DNA of 64,000 nucleotides, from the NCBI RefSeq assembly GCF_006345805.1, contig NC_043010.1:33356001-33420000 (forward strand), in the 5' to 3' direction. Numbering within the stretch: position 1 is the first letter of the stretch; every line of letters starts with the position of its first letter. Below, one piece after another: positions 57,413-64,000 of this stretch. This DNA comes from Octopus sinensis (taxonomy: Eukaryota). The translations under genes and the position numbers were made by a program. The notes beneath the pieces are model-generated. The model was not told where the DNA came from and made no database searches. It was given only the letters and a program-made list of their open reading frames with translations.

Positions 57413-60400
57413 CTAAATGGAAAGCGAGATTGAAATATGTTGAGAAAAAATTGTACAAAAATGAACGGTGTTTCATTTGGGAAACCAAGCGAAGGAAGTT
57501 AAACTAAAAGTGAGATAGTAGAAATCTGACGTGAAGCAAACTCACAGGGAAAGAATAGGGCAGAAAGTGTGTGTGTGTGTGTGTGTAAGTGATAGAGGGA
57601 TGTTAACATAAATTATAGCGACACAAGCACCGTCGGCTGGTAGACAAGAGACTTGAAGAGTTTAGAAAGTGACAGAAAAATAACAAAGCCAACAGAAAAC
57701 TAGATTTCCATGTTTTCAGATTTTATGAGTGAATCACTTTGACAATGAGAAAGACAAATACAAAGATAATCGGGGGATATTAAAGAAAGAGGAGGAGAGG
57801 AAAACAGAAAATGCATATAAATAATGAAGAATGTGAATGAACGAAAGAAAGAAGGGAAATAGAAAAAGGGAGAAATAAAGAAAAGAAGGAATGTAATGAA
57901 AGGAAGAGAAAACGGAAGGCAGAATAAAAATAGAAATAATTAAAAAGGAAAAGTAAAAAAACTTGAAAACGTTTAACTTACCATTGGGTTTGGAATGGAA
58001 GGAGTTGAGAATACAATAAGGGTACAGTTTATTGAATTCCCTGTCATCAGGTGACATGTGTAACTTTGTAGGGTGTTTAGAGAAATTCTTAAAGACTTCT
58101 GGAGTATCAAGTCCATTAAGTTGTACAGATGTTAGCTTTGTCTTAGTGTTGTCTTCATTTCTTAGATTGGATGACACGGCTATATTACTGAGTTCTGAGT
58201 TGTTAGTTCTTTCGACATACATTGCACTGTGATGAGATGATGATGATGATGGTACAGCTAGCAGAGGAGATTCTTTGTCACTTCGGTTACACGTTTCTGA
58301 CAACGGCAATGGAAGTTCACTGTCCAGTGACTTCCTTTGCAAATAATACTTGGCATTACCTCGACTATATGCTTGCGGCAACGCAGATGACGGTTCAGTG
58401 TTCTTAGACTTCCTTTGCCTGTGCTGCTTGACATTGACCACAGTTTGCATGTCTCTGCTGTTACCATATTTCTCTTTGCTTGAGTTGTCTTCAACTGCAC
58501 AGCTACCAGTCCATGATTGTATCGATGTTTCGGTTTGTTGTTGTTGCTGCTGCTGTTTGAACGGCACATATTGCCTTTTCTCTTTATCTTGTTGATACTG
58601 TTGCTGATGTTCGCACGGGTATTGATGTTGGTATTGTTCTTGTCGACATCGCATCGGATGTTGCTTTTGCTGTTCGGATATATTTTGTTGTTGTCTGTAT
58701 GTACTTTGTTGCTGTTGCTGCTGCTTTAAACGATTTTGTAGTTCTAACACTTTCATTGCCATCTGATATACCCGTTGTTTTCGCTGCACCTCTTGTATTT
58801 TTTTATTACTCCAAGTTTCTTTTGACTGGTAGTGTTGTGATTGCTTTGATTTCAATCTACGTTCATATTGCTCCTGTATTTGTAGTTCTTGTGTCTGTTG
58901 TAGTCGCTGTCGACATTCTGGTTCTTGGGACTGTTGCTGCTGTTGATATATTTGCTGTGGTTGTTTGGACTGTTGCTGTTGCTGTTGTTGATGTATTTGC
59001 TGTGGTTCTTGTTGTATTTGTTGATGAGGTTGGTGCCGTTGTTGCTCTGGATGGTATTCTTGCTGTTGATGTGGTTGTTCTAACTGTTGTGGTTGATACT
59101 GTTGCTGAGGAGGGTGAATTTGTTCATATGATTGGTACTGTCGCTGCTGTTGTTGTTGCAACTGTTTATGAGATTGTTTATGCAATTGCTGTGGTGACTG
59201 TTGGTGTAAATTTTGCAGTTGTGTACCACAGACTCTTGAATATTTTCTCTCTCCCTTCTTCTTCCCGTTACGACCCACTGCTACTGTTGGTGGTGAAGCA
59301 ACAGTTAAAACTGCCGCAACAGATTTGTCTTCCAAGTTGGCTGTTTGGCTCATATTTGCTGACTCAGTTTGCACAACCTTGCTTACTTGAGATTCAAACC
59401 CTAGGTTTGATTTAGTTGTTGAACACAGATAGGAACCCTGAGAATATTTGTAGATCACAGCTTTGCATCTTGCCTCGTGCACTAAAAGTAACTGAGTTAG
59501 TTCAGCTGGCGACGAATTCATCAAAGGCTTTATAAGACCTGAATAACAACATCAACAAATAATACTGATAATTGTTTTTATGAAAATGTATAACGGTACA
59601 AATTTAGAGAAGGGGATTAGTTAATCAAATCAACACCAGGAGAGTTGGCACTCATCGAGATTTGAAAACAGAACAAATACTGCTGGACATTTTCCCAACA
59701 TTCTACTATTTTCACCAATTCACTGCCTTAATATTACAACTAATTGTAGTTTCTATTTTGGGCTCAAGGCCAGCAATTTTGAGAGGTGTTAGTCGATGCC
59801 ACTGACTCCATTACTTTACAGGTACTTTATTGACCTTGAGATAAATGAGAGGCAAACTTGACAGTGGTGGGATTTGAAATCAGATCGCAGAGAACTGGAA
59901 TAAATACACCATAGGTTTTTTTCTGAATCACACGATTCTAACAAATTATAATTTTAATTTTGGCACGAAGTCAGCAATTTTTGAGGGGAGCGTCAAGTAG
60001 ATTTCATAGATTCCAGTACTTGACCGGCACTTTATTTTATCGACACTCAAAGAATGAAAGGCGGGATTTGAGCTTAGAGACTTTAGAGCCAGGAGAAATG
60101 CCATTCTGAATTTTATCTGATGTGCTAACGACTCTGTCTGCTCACCGCCTTTAATAATCATTATCTATTACAGGCAAAAGGCCTGAAATTTTGGAGGAGG
60201 AGGCTAGTCGATTACGTCGACCCCAGTGTTTCACTAGTACTTGTTTCATCAACCTCGAAAGGATGAAAGGCAAAGCTAACCTCGGCTGAATTTGAAATCA
60301 GAACGCAAAGACGGAAAAAATGCTTTACAGCATTTTGTCCGGCGGGCTAACGATTCGGCCAGCGTGCCACTTTTAATAATAATAATTCTAATTAAGACAC

Positions 60401-60653
60401 AAGGTTTTTTTTTTTCTTTTTAGGGCGGGGGTAGTCTAAAACAAAAGAAATTTTGCAACTTACTTTCCTGAACTGTTGGACGCGGGACCGAGTTTATTGG
60501 GTAAACCTTTTCCATAGCCAACACCATATTAAAGATTACGTCTTCGTAAGTTTGAAAATTCTTCTTGATTATCTCGCTTGCATTTAGTATTTGGCGTTGA
60601 CTAAAGTTATCTTGCCTAACCTGCTGCTGAGATTGCTTCAGTTTCATATCCAT
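57267..60653 (-). CDS. Uncharacterised glutamine-rich, low-complexity protein (about 630 aa), at least 3 coding exons
   Basis: join(60464-60653, 57982-59538, 57267-57412): donors a|gtaagt and g|gtaagt, acceptors ttattcag| and catttag|, all phase 1, giving 1893 nt open (631 codons). The 1557-nt middle exon has no stop. No family recognised. An acceptor just before the ATG (60656-60657) means the protein may start further upstream. Confidence 0.75.
57982..59538 (-). CDS. Q-rich gene exon B (1557 nt, symmetric phase 1-1)
   Basis: ttattcag|(S)LIKPLMNSSPAELTQLL...polyQ/QH/QP tracts...FHSKPN+g|gtaagt; corresponds to track ORF 57734-59524. Confidence 0.8.
59590..60375 (-). mobile_element. Tandem array of 4 SINE family B copies filling intron 1 of the Q-rich gene
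   Basis: Units of about 200-215 bp at about 59590-59730, 59740-59938, 59945-60155 and 60160-60372, separated by (aat)n. Confidence 0.8.
60464..60653 (-). CDS. Q-rich gene exon A
   Basis: MDMKLKQSQQQVRQDNFSQRQILNASEIIKKNFQTYEDVIFNMVLAMEKVYPINSVPRPTVQE+a|gtaagt. Confidence 0.65.
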
Positions 60654-60789
60654 GTCTATTGTTAATTATTGAAAAAAAATTAACATAAAGCAATGCACTA
60701 TAAAATAAATAAAATAAAATAAAGAATCAATACAGAGAAAAACAACTTGTTTTAAATCTCTGAGTGAGAGATATACAGTAACAGTATTG

Positions 60790-61183
60790 GATAGTAATGT
60801 TTATATGCCAACAGAATGTGGCAGTCCTATAAAGAACGATGTTACTGCCGTTTTAGCCCCAGGAAATATCTTTTCCAGTTCGCTATCGACACGCAGTTTG
60901 TGTCCGTATAACATTTGCAAGGGAGGTAGGTCATAGCACCCATCTCTAGCCTTACGTGATACTCACAGAACTAGGTTTATGGATATTACCCGTCCTCAGT
61001 GTGAGACAAACACAAGCTAGTGACGAAAGCTCTTTCTACTTGCAAATACTATAGATTTTTTAAACGACGCACAATCACTGATCTCGTATAGAGCCGGAAA
61101 AGATATTTTCCTGGGGCTAAAACAACAGTAACATCGTCCTTTATAGGACGGCCACATTCTGTTGGCATATAAACATTACTATC
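60790..61183. mobile_element. MITE with long (about 100 bp) TIRs
   Basis: GATAGTAATGTTTATATGCCAACAGAATGTGG...TTTAGCCCCAGGAAATATCTTTTCC mirrored at 61090-61183. Confidence 0.88.
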
Positions 61184-61195
61184 TGATGAATCAAT

Positions 61196-61585
61196 GGATC
61201 TTTTCGGTTTGAACGGCAGTTTTTTCTAGTGGTGTCATATGAAATTGTCACCCATAATTATGACCCTAGTATCGATCTTTTCCATTTCAATCTATTTTAG
61301 GGTTAGGGTATCTTTTTTTCTTCAGAAATGTAAATAAACCCAATCTGTTTCTTAAACGAGGGACATATTCATACGGCACAGAATGTTTTTTACTTCAATA
61401 GACGTCAGTGATTGGTTGAAATTGAAGAAAAAAAAACAACAAATATCTTACAAACTATAGAATTTTCTCAATAAAGCCAAGAGAAAAAGATGTTTTATAA
61501 ACACATTCTACCAGTATACGAAGTTTAAAATTTTTTAGTTACCTAGAAATTATGTTAAAAATTGCCGTCCAAACCGAAAAGATCC
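61196..61585. mobile_element. MITE with about 28-bp TIRs, containing a short TTAGGG tract
   Basis: GGATCTTTTCGGTTTGAACGGCAGTTTTT / AAAAATTGCCGTCCAAACCGAAAAGATCC. Confidence 0.85.
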
Positions 61586-62490
61586 GATCAATATATACTC
61601 TAGAAGTCTGATGGTAGTAGAGACGTTCATAACACAAGGGACTAATTCACATACTGCATCCAGTACAAGATTGAAATAGCGTATTAAAAAGTTCCATGAG
61701 GTAAATTATATAGTCCTTTTGTGGAAAAACATTATGAAGTGCGATGGCTATATGTGATATCATTGTCAATTGACAAGATTGTAGCGTACTTTGTGTTTAG
61801 TGTAAACAGTTTGAATCATGAAGTTTTCAACATTCACGCTATTTTGAAAGAAAACATGTGTATCCCACCTAACCAAATTTGGTGTTAGAATATGTTATTC
61901 AAAAAGCAAAAATAGGCAGAATGAAAAACATCTTCGAAACGAACCATAAATTAGCAAAATACAGAATGTAATCAATTTCAAGAATGACATAGAAATTGTA
62001 AAGATCATGACTGAAATGTACACAAAACTAGTTGACAGTTTTCCAATTATATACAGAATTCCTCAAAATAATGGTAATAACAACAATGGACCCTTTAATA
62101 ATAGCAAAATATAAACTACCCTACAGAAAATTCATCACAAAATCTACCAGAACTATGACGTTATATAATATTGAAATCTAGTATTGATGATTTCACATGC
62201 TCCTCTATAACATACCGTAAATCGCAAAAACACAACATGATAATTATCGCTGTTTCATTCTGATGATGAGACAATGAAGATCTTAAAACGTTAACTGAAA
62301 ATGCATAGAGGAACACTAATTAATGGTACACAGTGTCGAATTAGGGCATTTCACTTGCAGGAATAGTGCACCCAACAAACTTCCACAGTTTTTGTCTACT
62401 CAGTTTGATCCAGGTTCGAGCTGATAGAGTCTATGCTAGATGACAATTGTCAAAATGTTACAGAATGTATTCGAACCTGTGATAACTATA

Positions 62491-62811
62491 TTTCCCTGGG
62501 CATGGATTCACTGAAGCTCCGGCGTCTGGCGACGGACTTGGTAAACACCCACAAAGTTATCAACCACCTCACCAACAACAACACTGAACACCTTTTTGAT
62601 CTCCATGTGTCTAACACACGTGGACATGCCTACAAAGTCAGAAAACAACACAGCTCCCATGACTTTCGGAAACATTTTTTCACGCTCAGAGTTGCTGACT
62701 GCCATGACACTGCATCCTTTAAGGCCCTCATGCTTTCCGAAATCCGCCGAAACTACACCTGATTATATATACACTTTAGATGAGTTGTAGTGCACCTGAG
62801 CACTGTACACA

Positions 62812-62843
<32 letters not shown>
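62491..62843 (+). mobile_element. CR1-clade LINE 3' end, second copy, with a 33-bp internal deletion
   Basis: Nearly identical to about 56381-56763; lacks EAWNKLPASVV; (ATT)n tail. Confidence 0.9.
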
Positions 62844-62845
<2 letters not shown>

Positions 62846-64000
62846 CTGGTCGGACATATATGTGTGCGTGTAAAAACTAAAAGCACGCATATTATATATA
62901 GTTGCATACACACACACTATCACATTATTATAAATTTGTTTGAGCGTGCAAGGATACATGGAGGCCTGGTACTTAGGCTATTGGGAAAGGTATACCGTTT
63001 TATGTTGTTCCAGTCTATTAAAAAGAAATGCGTAGTAATTGAGTGCTGTGTAACCAAACAGATTTTATTCACCGACAGGTACAGCAAATTATTCTAGATA
63101 TTTAAGAATTATACTTTTATACTGTATCATATAACATCGGAAGTTTCAGTTTGAAGAAATATCTAAGTAAACATGAGATTTAATAAGGAAAAAACATAAG
63201 TTACGAGTGGGTAGATATATTTGCTTGCGAAGGGCAGCAAATCAACGGGTTTGAAGCGTGTGTTACACCCCTTGGACAGCGTGTGTCCCTAGATCCTTCA
63301 CCAAGCTACTTAGTCATGTTTCAGACATCATACATACCAACAAAATGATTTTAACCATTTAAAGCATCTCCCTAATAAACATTTAAAAAAAAAACTCAAT
63401 AATTATTGTTATAGTCAACTTGTGTCGAAAATTCTGGGACCGTGCATCGCTTGTCAGCGTAACATGGAATTTACATACATACATACATACATACAAGTGT
63501 GGCCCCGCCACCGATTTTATTTTCTCATAACTTCCAGAAATATGGATATTCTATAAATGAAACTTTCTAGAAATACGCTTCGGATTGTGTAGATGTCAAT
63601 TATATAAGAATTTGTTGTGAAAAACTTTTTCCGAGGGTGAGGTTAGGAGTTTCGGAAAATTCACACGAGACAGCTTTCTTTATTCATAACTTTCAAATAA
63701 AATAAAATAAAATAAAAATGGGTAATTTTTTAAAAATACCTTTCAGAATATTTTTAGGAAATTAAGATTATATCGGAATTTAATGTGAAAAAAATAAAGG
63801 TGGGGGGGAATTTGGTGGGCTCGTACATATATACGCGTCACATATCTAAAAAACGAAACTTGAAATTTCGAAAAAAAAATTGTGATGTGTGTCAGTGTGT
63901 ACGAGTCCAACAATTTTCTTTTTCATATTAAATTCTGATATAATCGTAAGCTATACAAGCTGAAAGGTATTTGCAGAAGCACAAGAGTGGCTGGGCTGCG

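Noticed and set aside
57734-57981. Hydrophobic F/L/S-rich C-terminus of track ORF 57734-59524, resembling transmembrane helices
   Set aside because: It is read-through past a perfect GTAAGT donor into a pyrimidine-rich intron; the spliced model continues in exon 57267-57412.
58699-59415. 238-aa V/A-rich plus-strand ORF (and smaller ORFs at 58032-58729)
   Set aside because: Antisense shadow of the CAA/CAG-rich exon; TTG/CTG/GTT repeats lack stops by construction, and there are no supporting splice signals.
61284-61310. TTAGGG telomeric repeats
   Set aside because: Only about 2 units, inside a MITE; not an interstitial telomere array.

Overview
AT-rich (intron- and repeat-dominated) animal genomic DNA, most consistent with a coleoid cephalopod such as Octopus. 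That assignment is inferred from the SINE/RTE/Penelope repeat families, the (TA)/(CA) microsatellite load and a TGEKP-linked C2H2 gene; it is not proven. Four protein-coding genes can be rebuilt by hand from GT-AG exons: (1) COMMD4, minus strand, 9 coding exons, 8395-30421, 201 aa; (2) mitochondrial ribosomal protein MRPL9, plus strand, 7 coding exons, 32532-42267, 243 aa, head-to-head with COMMD4 across about 0.7 kb; (3) a 7-finger C2H2 zinc-finger gene, 47348-48034; (4) an unrecognised glutamine-rich protein of about 630 aa, minus strand, 3 exons, 57267-60653, with two LxxLL motifs and a C-terminal basic NLS-like motif. The rest is mostly mobile-element DNA: two Penelope-like retroelements with inverted pseudo-LTRs carrying hammerhead-ribozyme motifs (one also carrying a tRNA-like Pol III head), a Penelope RT remnant, nested and miniature Helitrons, RTE and CR1 LINE fragments, a Gypsy integrase remnant, Tc1/mariner, hAT and piggyBac-like MITEs, and many tRNA-derived SINEs, often in tandem arrays. 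No rRNA, intact tRNA gene or CRISPR array was seen. Most short ORFs in the supplied track are microsatellite or antisense artefacts. All coordinates were counted by hand; repeat boundaries are approximate.
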